Positions 17,460-31,470 of a stretch of 64,000 nt of DNA are shown in pieces. Each line of letters opens with the position of its first letter. Within the stretch, counting starts at the first letter, position 1. The notes below the pieces were generated by a model. It saw nothing but the letters and a program-made list of their open reading frames with translations, did no database searches and was not told the origin of the DNA. The translations under genes and the position numbers were made by a program. The stretch is from NCBI RefSeq assembly GCF_009914755.1, contig NC_060938.1. One strand, written 5' to 3'. The DNA is from the human T2T-CHM13v2.0 reference genome, Homo sapiens.

Positions 17460-18830
17460 GAGTGGTCTCCTAACTAGGGTGTGTGGATGCAAAAACTCTT
17501 CCTTAGGCTCTCTGAGAGTCCTGTGAGAGTCGATTTCCAGATTCTCAGACACCGTCTATCCTCTTTCCTAAAAATGACCTTCCTGAGAACAAATGTAATC
17601 AGAGCACCATGCTGGCTCTCGTTCCCTCCTCCTCTTTCATAATAGCCCTTGTCCTGTTTTGTGAAAGAAAGGCAGACCTCACCCTTGCTGCATCTTACAG
17701 CTGTGCATTACTCTGCAATGAAGAAGCCTCAGGAGCAACAAACGGACAAATCAAAACATTGCTGTTGACCTTGTTGTTGAGAAAGTGAGTGACTCTCTAA
17801 CTGGGTTATGTATCCTTTTATGAGTCAGATGGTTTCTAATTTATTATTTTAATCTAGCTAAATAAAGACTGAGTCAAACAATCCACTGATTTAAAAAAAA
17901 CTTTCTTTTCCTGTTCTTATGAAAGATCACTGGATGATTTTTTGGCATCTAACTTGAAAGGAGTCCAAAGAATTGACTGGCACTGAAATAACAAAACTTT
18001 CCATTTATTCATTTATGAACAAGGTTTCTCATTGCTTACAAATATAAAAAATGAAAAATAGATGTAACATTGATGCTAACTCGGTTTCATTCTAGCATTA
18101 TTAATCCACAGATACAAGAACTAACTTTAAAAACTTCCATCTCTTTAAGAGACTTATTTCCAATTAATTTTACTTTTTATATTTAATAAATACCCCAACC
18201 TGTAATGATAATCTGTACAAAAAAAGTTAATACTTTGAAACTTATGGTGAGAGAAATATGCTAAGATAAATTCAACTTCAACATAAATAGCTGCAGTATT
18301 TAGACTCTTAAATGTATTTGATGCGTTTAATAGGAATGCAATAAAATAAAATTATTTTAAAAGAGGAATGCAATAGCTATATTTTGAAATGCTCATATTT
18401 ACAATACATAGTAAGTTACACTGCCAGGGACTGAATGCTTGTGTCACCCCAAAATTTATATGTTGTGCTCCTAATTCCCAATTTGATGGTATTTGGATGT
18501 GGGGCCTTTGGGAGGTAATTAGGTTTAGAAGAAGTTTTGAGGGTGGGACACTCATGATAGGATTAGTCTCCTTATAAGAAGAGGAGGACCAGAGCCCTTT
18601 CCTTCTACTGTGTGAGGATATGGCAAGTAAGTAGCCATCTGCAAACCAGGGAGAGAGCCCTGAGATACCGAATCTGCCAGCACCTCAATCTCGGGCTTCC
18701 CAGCCTCCAGAACTATGAGAAATAAATGTTTCTTGTTTAAGCCACCCAGTCTGTGGTATTTTGGTATAGAGGCCCAAACTGACTAAGACATACACATCTA
18801 CTTAAACTTACATTGAAAATTTCAGAAGTT
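17460..18830. mobile_element. Degenerate hAT-Charlie-like DNA transposon relic (boundaries approximate)
   Basis: Transposase 3'-like segment GAACAAGGTTTCTCA..TTGATGCT..CATTCTAGCA at ~18015-18120; interrupted by MLT1A LTR. Confidence 0.45.
18422..18790 (+). mobile_element. MLT1A-like MaLR solo LTR
   Basis: TG...CA ends; perfect 5-bp TSD TACAC (18417-18421 and 18791-18795); CAGCCTCCAGAACTATGAGAAATAAA motif. Confidence 0.9.
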
Positions 18831-18839
18831 AAAGATTTA

Positions 18840-19182
<343 letters not shown>

Positions 19183-19858
19183 TTAGAAGCACGCAAGGAA
19201 AAAAAAATGAAGATAATATCTATGAAGAAACTCCAAAGCTCTTTTTATCCTTCTTCATGTTTATTCCTATAGCCTAGATTTAATGGTCTTTAGTAAAAAT
19301 ATCCCAAAAGTTCACAATGTCTTGGTTAAATCTTAGCCCAGTGCTGCCTCTAGGAGAATTACTTTTTGATTCCTACATCTTTTTTTTTATTTCTTATTTA
19401 AACATCTCAGACTTACCCTTTTAGGAGATAGTTCTATTTCCTCACTGTCCCACAAATCCTTTCCTATTATAAGTATGCTCAAACAGTGTGGAAATATGAT
19501 ATATATGTCATATTACAATGAAACTAGCAGTGAGCTTAGAGGGAACAGAAAACTTTCACTTTTTGGTCCTCTCCCCATTCACTGCTAGTGAACATCTTAA
19601 GGCAGGATGGCTTGGAGTAGCCCGACATCCCTCAATAGTTTTCCTTCACTCCTGTTCTTCCTTGGGTCAAACAAAGATGTCTGCAAGTCTTGAGCCCTGC
19701 TAAATCTCTGTAAACAGGAATAAAAGGGAGAGGGGGAAAATGCCAATTTCCCTCATATTCATCTGATATATAAAATTAATAATTTAATTTTATAATATTT
19801 GGCATGGGGAGCCAAGGAATCTGGTCATGGCTTTGGACTGTTTAAAATCAAGATTAGA

Positions 19859-20028
19859 ACCAGGCACAGTGGCTCATACCTGTAATTCCAACAACTTGGG
19901 AGGCTAAGGCAGGAGGATTGCTTGAGCTCAGGAGTTTGAGGCTGCAATGACCTATCGTCATACCACTGCACTCCACGCCGGGCCACAGAGCAAGACCTCA
20001 TCTCTATAAAAAACAAAAAACAAAAAAA
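19859..20028 (+). mobile_element. Alu monomer (FRAM/FAM-like)
   Basis: Single ~170-bp Alu arm with A-rich tail. Confidence 0.8.
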
Positions 20029-20504
20029 TTTAATTAAATTAAATTGAACCTCCAAAGACCAAGATTCAAGGTTGCCATCCATGTATCCTGTAACAACAGT
20101 AACTATATTCCGGCAATTTCACAAGAACGGACCTGCTGATTGCTGTAGAGGACTTGGGGAAATATTGCAAGTCTGGAGTTCAGACCTTACTCAGAGATTC
20201 TGTCTCTCTGAACCACCTCCAGCTTCTGAGAGATGACTGACCTCATGTGGTCAACAAAAACCTCTTAAGATCCTTTCTGACAAATGGTGTTTCTCTTTTT
20301 TCACCCAGGACAATGTGTGCTACCATCTACAGAAAGGACGGGCCTTATTTCCCCCAATATCCAGTCCTTTGATTAGTGCTCCCACTCAGGTGATGATATA
20401 TTTAATCCTAGAGCCATTGAAAGCAGTGTTCTTATAAATATATTGATGGGAGACACTCAATAAGCATTTTGGGGCATCTAGGTTCAAGAGCTGCAATGGA
20501 AAAC

Positions 20505-20573
20505 ATGAAAGGAAGAAGAAAAAGGAGGAGGAAAGAGGAGAAAGAGGAAGAAAAAGAAGAGAAGGAGGAAGAA
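20505..20573. repeat. GA-rich low-complexity polypurine tract
   Basis: Almost pure G/A run. Confidence 0.85.
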
Positions 20574-23475
20574 ATGTCTCCAGCCTTAAAGAGAATTCAT
20601 TCCATCTAGCTGAGAAGGCAAGATAACAGCAGAGAGTGTGCTCCAGTAAAAGATACTGTTCAGATGCTTAGTCATGACTTAAAACCAAATATGGCCTATA
20701 GACACAGCAGGGAATGGCAATTAGCAAATTTCTTAATTAGGATACTTCTTAACCTTCTAGAGTCAATTTTAGTTTTTTTCATACAACCAAGAATTGTTGC
20801 TATTTATTAAATACAGAAATACCTATGAACAAACTCGAGTGCATTTCCACCAATGTGTTTGCATTTCACCACCTCACATTTCACCACAGGGACCCAGGTT
20901 CAGTCAATGTCATGCTGTGATTCCTGCAAGTAAGGTATAGGGTAAAAATGAAGCTAGCATTTTTCCTTCCAGATAAATGTATAATCAAAATCCTGATTCA
21001 TGGATTTGCTAATTGAACTTCCTGCTGTGGACATAGAACATTCTTGGCAGGAAGCATAAGGAACTGTTTCAGAGGGCTCAAATTGCCTTATTTTTTTTTA
21101 AGTACTTCAATATGCCTGTCTTTGAAGAGTGATTGGAAATAAAAGAATGTCAGTGGGAGTTAATTCAGGAAAGAGGTAAAGGAGAAAAAAAATGGTTGTA
21201 GAAATGTGATCGGCAAATGAGAAGAAATTAGCAAGGGAGTTCATCTAGTATGATGGGTCTCTCTGCTCTTGAAACTCAAGAAACCATTAAGCAGCAAGGA
21301 GTTTGCTCCTTGTTTCCATCCTGGCATGGACAGTAATGTCAGCTTCTGGTCAACTCCAGCTGTTTGTGCTTTCACTGATTTGCCAGGCAATATCTTGACA
21401 GCCCACATCCTGCTAGGCACTGGGGCTTAGAAATTACAGAAATTGTCTCTGGCTCCAGGGTGGAAGCACCAGGGTGCTCATGAGCAGAGTTACTCTGATG
21501 GGCCACCCCCATTCACCTGTCTCAGCATCAGCAAATGTCTTAAGTATCTGATTTTCTCCATTATCTTCCTCTCCACTCCAAACTTCAACTTCAGCTAGCT
21601 TTGTGGGTCCTGCTTATTGACTTCATTCCTATGAACCCTATCTCTAGTACAAAGTAAATGCTCAATAAATATTTGTTGAATTTATAAATAATTATGCCTA
21701 TTTCCACCTCTTTCCCAACTTCCCATCTCTTTCCATCTCTTTCCCACCCAGCAGTGGAAGTTAAGGAGGACTCTGAATAAGGGAAGGCTGGTGCTTGACC
21801 TCAAGAAAACAATGCATGCAGCTGGGAGAGAGAAAGCAAGGGGTGCTTTTAGGGTGGTGAGATCAGGAAAGGTGAGTCTGACACTTCTTCCAATTGGCAG
21901 TGAAGGAAGGGAGGAAAATCTGATGGGACAAGTTGTGTCCACAAGTACTTTGTGGGGTAAGTATTCTCAGAAGTGGGATCCCCATTGACAGTGAGAATGA
22001 TCAGGAAGGAGAAGAACCAGTAAGTCACCAAATTAACAACATACCACACCTGATAGAGTCCTTTTATTTAAAATATCTGTTTTTAGTTTAAAAATATTCT
22101 ATTCTAGAGTCAGCAGTCATATCTTGTCTAAAAAATAAGCTTCTTTTTAAATTCTTGGTTCCCTTTAAGTCTAATTTTTCACATTCTGATTAAACACTCT
22201 TCTATCTGCTCTTGCCCTTAAGAAATCATCATACAACCAAAATACTGCTTAAAGAAAATGGTGTCCAGACTTGCTATTTACCTTCCCGATTTTACCTATA
22301 ATATAAGCACACTTATCTCTCCAGGGATTTGCAGTGTAAACCGAATAAATCTCTCACTTTAATAATACAGCCCTATGGTAACTTAAATCTCAGCTATTTC
22401 TGAAATATCATATTGGTAAAGTAATCCTACCACACAGGGTTTTCCTTTTCACACATATGGCAAAATGAGATGTACCCACTAAATTGTACCCCAGGCGCTG
22501 AACAGCAGTCTGTCATTATTAAGAAAGGTTGCAAAGATACCTGCTCTGCCAAGTGCTTGCATATTTAAATTTCTAAAAGCCTGAGATGACAGACTATGTG
22601 TTGTGTGTCTGAAGATAAAAGCACCTATGTTCATTATAGCCAGGCAATAAGCAGCATGAGATATGAGTGATGCTAATCCCCAGCTAGCCTTTTTACCTTC
22701 AAAATTGGGTTGCCATTGTGTCCAAGAAAAGAGGTAGAATTAATTTCCTATATGTCATAAATAATAATTCTTCTGTAATTCCATCCTCAACTCTAACATG
22801 CATACATACAAGATGTACCTCTTTTACTTGGCTCTTGTCCAATGTAGAATCTTCACCCCTGCTAAGGTAACTTCATGTTGGAAGCCCTCACCTTTCAAAG
22901 GAAAAGCTCCTTTCACTGTACAAAGGTCTTCTGAGGCACCAGATCCATGACAGTATTTGCAGCTTTATTAGCACAGGGGATTTCAATTCACCGTTTCATC
23001 CTTCTCCACTCTTGCAAATCCCTCAAGCACCCAACTCTGGGAGTGTGACATTGGCAGAACTCTACAATTGACCCATGCCCTCCAGGAATTATATTATTTG
23101 GCACGTAAATTATTTATTTTGTTGTTCCTTCTCACAAATATTCTCTCCCAACCAACTCTTTGTTAGTCACCACTCTCGTTGAGTGACTTAATTTAGAATT
23201 TCATTAGAATTGCTCAGTAACAGTAATTAGCCTGAGCATTCACCCATATGCATTGCATACCTACAAAAGGGCAGGGAAGTAGAACGTGTTTTTAAGAAAA
23301 ACTCATTTATTTCCCTTCACTTCCCTTCACTTCACATCCTTTAAGATGAACTGCAGCCCCCAGCCAAAATACAAATAAATGCACTACTTTATTCCTTCAA
23401 TCAGAAAATATCTACTAAGTACCTACTGTGGGTTAAATACTGTACTAAGTCCCATGGAAAGCAAAGGTTATAGCT

Positions 23476-23702
23476 CAGTTCATTCACTTAAATCAGCCCC
23501 ACCCCACCTGCCACTCACCCTGGGACATTTAGCAATGCCTGGAGATATTTTGGGGTTGTCGCAACTGAAGGAGGAGTGTTGCTGGCACCTATAGTAGGTG
23601 GAGGCCAGGAATGCTGCTAAACAGTCTACGGTACACAGGACAGCTCCCCACACAGATTTATCCAGCCCCAAATGCCAGTAGTGCTGAGGTTGAGAAACCT
23701 TG
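23476..23702. mobile_element. MER20 hAT-Charlie element, adjacent to a minus-strand L2 3' end (~23385-23460)
   Basis: GGGACATTTAGCAATGCCTGGAGATATTTT..GGAGGCCAGGAATGCTGCTAAACA..GCTGAGGTTGAGAAACC. Confidence 0.85.
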
Positions 23703-24319
23703 CCCTGAATCAGAAATGTGATCAAATAATCATTTGAAATGCTAACCTATTTTTGTTCTGTGATGTTTCCCTTTCTTTTCCACTGTGATCAAGTTGGTAC
23801 AGTCCGCTCTATGTCCCTTGCCTTGGGACAAACAGGTACATGGCAAGAAAACAGAGGCCTCCAAGGCTTTCCAACTTTTGTGGGAAGAGGATTTGAGAGC
23901 AAAGACCAAATTTCCTGGAGAAAGTTGAAAGACTGAAAAGAGGTGCTTACCCAAGATTGAAAAGAGGTGCTTCTGGATTAGGGGAGATAGGAAAGACAGA
24001 AAGAATCTGTGTGTCCCAAGTACAGAAGGCACCCGGGCCTTGCTTCCTGGCAGCATCCGAGAGTTGGAGAGAGAGGAGTGGCCACGGATCACATCTGGAT
24101 CATGGGTAGCTCTGCTGCAGATTCCCATGCATGGCCACAGGGAGCCATCAGACCTGGAGGAGTCATGTCTACAAGGATGATGGCCATCTGAATGAAACCT
24201 GCTACTCCAGGGCCTTGGACCCTCATAATAATGGTAGCGATTTTAAGGTAGTGTGTGCATAAGACTACCACAGAGAAAACAGACGTTTATTGGTGAATCT
24301 GTCATGAGAACAATCTCCA

Positions 24320-24600
24320 TAATCTCACAGGCTTATAACAATAAACATTTATTTTGTGCTCATGTTTCAAGTCAACTTCTGCAGCACCACGTGTTTTCTC
24401 AACTAGGACTCAAGCTGAACCAACAGCCCCTATTTGCAACAAGCCATTCTTGTGGCAGAAAGGATGAGAGAGTTAGCTGGCAGAAACGTAAATAATTTCT
24501 CTAAGAGAAGCATGGCCTATGTCACATTTGTTCACATTCCATTGGTCAAAGCAAGTCACACGATCAAGGCCAACACCAATGAGGTGGAGATGGATGATTG
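24320..24600 (-). mobile_element. Old MLT1 (J/K/L-like) LTR fragment
   Basis: CACATTCCATTGGTCAAAGCAAGTCACA and GGCTTATAACAATAAACATTTATT motifs. Confidence 0.6.
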
Positions 24601-25529
24601 TTACAAGGAAAGAGGAGTAAGTTGTAGAGAAAACAAATAATTACCACAAAGAGCTAATATCAGAAAACATAAGATAATTATGGGGCAAAGTGAGAGGCTA
24701 TGGGAATCCTATAAGGTGAAAGACAAGATGAATGAGAAAAAGCACCACGAACCATGTGGACATGGTGGGAAGAAAGAAACTGATGTTGGTTGGACCTGAA
24801 CAATGCCTTTGTACGTATTACATCAGTTAATCCAACTATCCTATGAGAAAACAAACTCATTACCTCGCCCATGATCATTCAAGTAGTAGTTGATTAAATA
24901 CCTTGTCCTAAAACCCACATGGCAGAAATGAGTAAAATTTAGACAGCTAAAAGGAAGAGAAGATAGTATTGTAGGCAGAAGGAAAGCTAAGACTATAGGC
25001 ACAGAGGCAGGATTTTCATTTTCACATGACAGTGAAAGTCTGCCCTAATCAGAATGGCAGGCTAAGTCAGAGAGCTGTAAGAACTAAAGATTAGCAGGAG
25101 AGATCAGGTGATAAGGGGCCTTTTTAATGCAGAAGAGGAGTAAGAGGAGAAATGATGGCTCAGAGTCAAGACCTTCTGCCATAACTAGCTGGGTGAGCTT
25201 AGGCAAGTGTCTATGGGATCCAGAGTTGAACTCATTCATTTATGGAATGGAGACGTGTGAGGGAGAAAACACAGGGGTACATGATTTCTAAACTTCCATA
25301 AGGAGGCAATGCATAGAGGTGTAATAGATTTTAGGGAGAAGATATCAACTCAGCACTGCAAGGCCTCTTGCTTTCTTGTCCCTTCCCAGTTCCTGGGTAT
25401 CCCAGTCCCAGGCTGTGAGAGATATTGGGAAGGAAGCAAGGCCCCCAAACTCACAAAGACCTCACTCAGGGTGGGGAGCAGCTGACCCTTCCCTTACCTG
25501 GTTCTAGCAGGCCAAAAATTCTGACTTGC

Positions 25530-25760
25530 TGTAGGAAGCCATCATTGCTGACATGGTGAATGAGATGTTTAAGAGAGATGAATTGGTGAGTACATGCTAC
25601 ACAGAATGGAGAGTAGGGGCTAGAGTCAGGGAAGGCAACCAGTGGGATTCTGTAGCAATTTTGGTAAGGAAGCTTAGAAAGAGGAAGGCAGTGGGAATGA
25701 AGAGGAAGGTTGCTGAAGATGCATTTCCAGGGTGACAATGGAAATGTGAAGGTCTGGGAA
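25530..25760 (-). mobile_element. L2 fragment
   Basis: Purine-rich degenerate L2-like sequence (GAGATGTTTAAGAGAGATG..GGCAACCAGTGGGA). Confidence 0.45.
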
Positions 25761-26513
25761 AGCTAATGAAGAGCATGAGATCTAAGCTGGCTTCCCTTCT
25801 TAAATGAATTTTTGAAATCATTTGTGAGTGACTTGAATCCTGCCCCTTTCACCTCCTCAGGATACTGTTCAATGCCTTTTAACCAGTCAAACAAATCAGA
25901 ATTTTGCCCATTAAAATGCTCTAATAGCACATGGACAGGAGTTGTCTCTCCAGTAAATTAGCTAAGTATATTTTAGGTACAATTGTAAAGTGTCCATTAT
26001 TTATAGCATCATTGGCAGTGCCAAGCACCCTGTGATTGTGCATTGGATATGAGATGATAGTGATTGCCTATTAAATGTTTTAAACTTGAGTTCCACAAGT
26101 TTGCCTCCTGGCTCAACAGGAAGAAAATGACTTTTCTACAGGAAAATATATAAGATATGTACTCTATAGCCATGCCAGCTGAAACATGACACATTTCCAA
26201 AGGCTTATATGACCTTTAATTCTATAAAGTCCAAATATCAGAGTGAGGAGGGATGGGATACTAGTCTAATTGCCACCTGGGTTACTACTCCAAACTAGGA
26301 GGCGGACAGCAGATGGAATTCAACCACTCTGGAGGAAAGAGAAAGGAGAGAGCCAGTCCTCTTAATAGAAATGTGTAAGACAACACTCAAAAATCACTTT
26401 CGACTAGAAAATTTGAGATTAAAACATGCCAGAAATGGTGAAATACCACAGGGGGCCAACATTATAAATATAAATAAATAAATAAATACAAAGTGCCAGG
26501 AATGGGAACTAGA

Positions 26514-26822
26514 GGCCAGGTGTGGTGCCTCACACCTGTAATCCCAGCATTTTGGGAGGCCAAGGTGGGAGGGTTGCTTGAGCTCAGGAGTTCAAGACCA
26601 ACCTAGGCAACATAGGAAGACCTCTCCTCTACTAAAAATAAAAATTAAAAAGATCAGCCAGGCATGGGGGCACATGCCTGTAGTCCTAGCTGCTTGGGAG
26701 GCTAGGGTGGGAGGACTGGTTGAGCTCCGGAGATCCAGGCTACAGTGAACTATGATCACGCCACTGCACTCCAGCATGGGTGACAGAGTAAGACCTTGCC
26801 TCAAAAAAAAAAAAAGAAAAAG
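26514..26822 (+). mobile_element. Alu (AluJ-like)
   Basis: Dimeric Alu; TSD AATGGGAACT(A/G)GA. Confidence 0.94.
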
Positions 26823-26937
26823 AAATGGGAACTGGAAGAAAAACCTGTTTCCAAAGCCAGGGCTCAGCCATGGTCATCCTTTAGTAAAAATTTGTTCCTT
26901 ACTCCAAAGTTTGTGTTCTCACTCAGAGACACAAGTA

Positions 26938-27317
26938 CAGTCATGCACCCCATAACAATGTTTTGGTCAAGGATGGACCACATATACAACAGTGGTACCA
27001 TAAGATTATAAGAGAGTTGAAAAATTCCTATCACCTAGTGACATCATAGCTATCATAGCTGTTTTAATGTCATAGTGCACCACATTACGTTTTCTACGTT
27101 GAGATATATTTAGATACACAAATACTTACCATGGTGTTACAATTGCCTGCAGTATTCAGCCCAGTGCCATGCTGAACAGGTTTGTAGCCTGGGAGCAATA
27201 GACTGTACCAATGTATCTAATAGGCTATACCATCTAAATTTATGTAAGTACACTCTATGTTTGCACAATGACAACACATTTCTCAGAACATACCCCAGTC
27301 ATTGTGATGCATGACTG
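26938..27317. mobile_element. Tigger3a-like TcMar DNA transposon
   Basis: TIRs CAGTCATGCA / TGCATGACTG with TA target duplication on both sides. Confidence 0.88.
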
Positions 27318-27499
27318 TACAAAAGCCTTCAAAAAACTGTCATCAATTTAGCTCAAAACAGTTGATCTCTTATGGCTTGGGGTTTAGAGAGATACAAAGG
27401 AAAAGGAAAAGGCAATCCTGATCCTTGAAGAACTTATAAGGTCGCTGAAGAATTACACTTAAGAATTATTAAATAACCACACAAGAAAGAAAGGTATCT

Positions 27500-27911
<412 letters not shown>

Positions 27912-28099
27912 TCATCACTGCCAAACACAGTGTGCCAAGTACAGGAATAGTGACACTGGCTCCAAGTTTAGTGGGAGAGACCGTAAGAGGCATATGAACT
28001 ACAAGATCTTCAGGAAGATCCAAAGGACTCAGTAACCTAAGGTCTCTGGCAGTTTCCACATTCTAAGGAGCCTCCGTGCTCAGAGAAAAGCCTGGTCAA

Positions 28100-28780
28100 T
28101 GTGGCCTAAAATGGACAAGGAAGACTTCATCACAGGGTGAAACTTGAGTTGTGCTTCCAGGTAGGATTTGAATAACAGGGCATGGGGGCAAAGGGAGCGG
28201 TGGACAATGTGAGCAGAAGTGAAAGAAGAGGAAAGGAAAGAAATCACTTTCCTGAAAATTGGATCCATACAGAGGAGGAGGAGATAAATTTGGGTCAGAT
28301 TAAAGAAACCCTCAAAAGCTAAATCAAGAAATGTGGAGCTTTTTCTATGGGTCGTTTTTTGTTTTTGTTTTTGTTTTGAAGCTTGGGATCATAGAATTTA
28401 AGGAAAACAATATATTGGAAGGACTGAGCCCACTGATAATATTGAACACAGGATGGATTGAAGCTATAGGGACTGAAGCAAGGAGATGGCTACTGCAATA
28501 ATCAAAAAGGCCTTGAACCCAGGTTGTGGAGGTGAGAAATGCAAGGAAGGCATAGGTCCTCTGCCTAGACAGATTTTGAACAGAAGAATGGACTATCTGA
28601 CCAGAACTATGGGACAAATAATAGAGGGTCCAAAATGACTCAGATCTGAAACCTGGGTAAGTTGGATATTGCTGGCGTTTTCTACATAAATAAAAAAGTC
28701 GGGAGAAGGAATATGTGCATACAGACAGGTGACAAGCTTGTCCCGAGTAAAATCAAGCTTCAGGTGACATAAGGTGAAGG
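28100..28780 (-). mobile_element. L2 fragments
   Basis: Degenerate L2-like motifs (GGAAGACTTCATCACAGGGTGAAACTTGAG; CAAAATGACTCAGAT). Confidence 0.5.
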
Positions 28781-29087
28781 GTTGGTTCTACAGTTGGTAT
28801 CCACCTATTGCAGATCTTTATTTTTTATAACCACTTATGAATCATAAAATTCCTTAGCTTGGCTAAAAGACAAACGCTTCCATTTTTAACAGCTCATGTA
28901 TTTAAATTAACCTTCAGCCTGGTCATTTACAGCCCCATTTGTATCCTTGCTGTAGTTAATTGTAGGTACTGTACAAGGTCATTCTTGACAACAGAGAAGT
29001 TCAATTACAATATGTATTCTGTTGTTTTAATCACAATTCTGTACTACACAAAGACAGACAGGGACAAGAAGTTTGAAAGAGTAATTG

Positions 29088-29507
29088 ACCATAGTTAAAA
29101 ATAATATACTATATAGTTTCAAACAGCTAGAAGGAGGATGTTGAATGTTACCAACACAAAGAATGTGTTGGTAACACAAATGTTTGAGATGATGGATATG
29201 CTAATTACCGTGATCTGATCACCATACATTATATGTATCAAAATATCACTATGTACCCTATAAATATGTACAATTATTTGTCAATAAAAACTTTTTAAAT
29301 TTAAATTTTTTTAACTTAAGCACTATGTAGCCAGGATAATACCTCAATTATAGTAACTGGGGTATTACTATGATTGAGGTATTATCCTGGCTACATAGTG
29401 CTTAAATTAAAGGTATCAGTAGTGATGTTTCACTTTACAGTAATTGGGGTATTATCCTGGCGACACACTGCTGAGCCTAGTTTTTAAATTAAAAAAAAAA
29501 TTATTAA
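29088..29507 (+). mobile_element. 5'-truncated L1MA-type 3' UTR whose A-rich tail carries a complex non-L1 insert
   Basis: ATAGTTAAAAATAAT..TAGAAGGAGGATGTTGAATGTT..GATGGATATGCTAATTACC; perfect 13-bp TSD GAAAGAGTAATTG at 29075-29087 and 29508-29520. Confidence 0.85.
29310..29411. repeat. Near-perfect inverted repeat, 47-bp arms, 8-nt loop
   Basis: 29310-29356 is the reverse complement of 29365-29411 with 2 mismatches; loop CTGGGGTA. Confidence 0.95.
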
Positions 29508-31058
29508 GAAAGAGTAATTGCAATGCCTTCCCCTAAAACAAAGAAAAAATCCATTTACCTAAAGAAGGTAATACAATTTTCATCATAGTGACACTCCTGA
29601 AAGGAGAGACTGGATGACAGAATACAGAAGCAAACTCCATAAGCAGTAGAATGGCAAGAAATGGGTCTTTTCAGAGAAAAGACACAAAGGGCAGCATTCC
29701 CAATAAACAAAGGGGATAAAGGAAATTAAGACAAACTAGCAAAAGAAGCAAAACGCAGTGGCTGGAGCTGTTCCTGAACAGTAACTATTGAAAACCAGTA
29801 TTTTTCTGAGTACTTTGGGAAAAATGAAATAAAACAAGCATGTCAGATACCTTTTGGGATATGAACATTTAAAATAGGACATGAACACTTATCAAACCTC
29901 AAACTCCAGTCGAAATTATCAGCAGACCATTTTGTTTAACCTATTTAATGTATTTTTGCAAGGTAAAGAATATGATTTAGAGTACAGCTCTCATTATAAA
30001 TACTTAGAAAGCTTTTCTTAACAGGCTAGCACATTAAAGTATTGAAAGCATTGGCTTAATTTTTTCTTATGGAAATTTTTGAGACCCCTTTAGATTTGCA
30101 TAAATGTTTAATAGCTTTTTGCAACCAATCAAAATAGGAGTGTCATTGAATTGGAGAGAAATGACCACCATTATTTTTAATTCCTTCTGGAGGTAGACTA
30201 CCTAATTTAAAGGCACCTTCCAATTTCATTCATCTCTATCCTCAAAGCACAAACTGCTCCTACAACTAAACTGCTTAGCATCAGAAAGACTAGAGTCTCC
30301 ACTGGGATTCCAGTGTCCTCTTGAATTCACCCCTCCCCATTTCTCAACTTACACAGGCTTTCACATGTCAAATAATTCTCACACTCAAATGATAAAAATA
30401 TTATTAAATTATTTAAAAACCTGGAGATTATCTCCAGCAGTCATTTTCTTCAAGGAAAAAGAAAAAGGGGAAATGCAAATACTCAGCAGAGAAAACACAT
30501 TCACACAGCAACTTTGAGTTCCCATGTCACCTGGCTATGTACCATATTCCAGGAGATAGCAGTTCCCTGTTAGTGAAAAAAGGCAACCTTCCCAGGGGAA
30601 GGGGGTTGGGAATTGGAGCATTTCCACTCCACGCCTAGTCTTGCAGTTTGGGGAACTCTCATGGGTTCCACTGCTCTTGAAAAAGGAAAACTCACTTGCC
30701 CGAATCAGGTAAAATTCTAACCTGACCAACTCTCAAATGTAAAAATACTCTTTCCAGAAAGACAGAACTATCATAGCACTTCCCTCAGTCCAACTGCCAG
30801 CAGACTCACAGATACCTATGCCTGGATCTATGCTTGGTAATTTAGGAAAAATCTCAAGAAAAGAACCAAAAACAAAAATATAATGATATTCTGATTTTCC
30901 AATGGCTTTTTATGTTTCAGCAGGAAATAAAAATCTTGGTAACATGGATCCACACTGACTCAAGTCTAATTATTTCCTATCAAGACCCAAACGAAGACAG
31001 CACTTTCTACCTCCCTTTTTGCCAGCTCATATTTGAGTTCAGCATGGAGTCATCGTCT

Positions 31059-31470
31059 TGAGACAGACCGCTAATAGTCCTGCAATATTCATCGTGCCCT
31101 CCACTATTATTGTAACAGAGTATGAGAGCTTCAGCTAGGTACATGGCCACCCAGAATAAGCACAATTCCCTGCTGGTCATATGACTAATTGCTAACCAAT
31201 AAAATGGAAACAAAGTGACATGTATCTGCAGCTTCATCCAGAGTCTCATGTGACTGTGTCAGTGTTTCCAACTCTGACGTCTTAAATTCAGCAATATCAG
31301 TAGTGATGTTTCACACTATGATAATTGGCATATTATCCTGACTACATAGCACAGAGCCTGGTCCTTCATCCCTCCCTGAATTCTTTGATGCCCTTTTGTA
31401 AGCTCCTTTCTTCCTTAAATTAGCCAGAGTTGGTTTATGTTGCTTGCAACTGAGAACGTTGACAGAGAGA
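31059..31470 (+). mobile_element. Old ERVL LTR (LTR33/LTR41-like)
   Basis: CAGCTAGGTACATGGCCACCCAGAATAA and terminal TAGCCAGAGTTGGTTTATGTTGCTTGCAAC motifs. Confidence 0.65.

Noticed and set aside
23931-23972. Short direct repeat GA(C/T)TGAAAAGAGGTGCTT (similar small tandem duplications at 23311 and 56581)
   Set aside because: Ordinary slippage-type tandem duplications
29415-29478. Possible C/D-box snoRNA (GTGATGT ... CTGA)
   Set aside because: Imperfect C box, no convincing terminal stem, and the segment is explained as a copy of LTR sequence whose donor lacks the terminal D box
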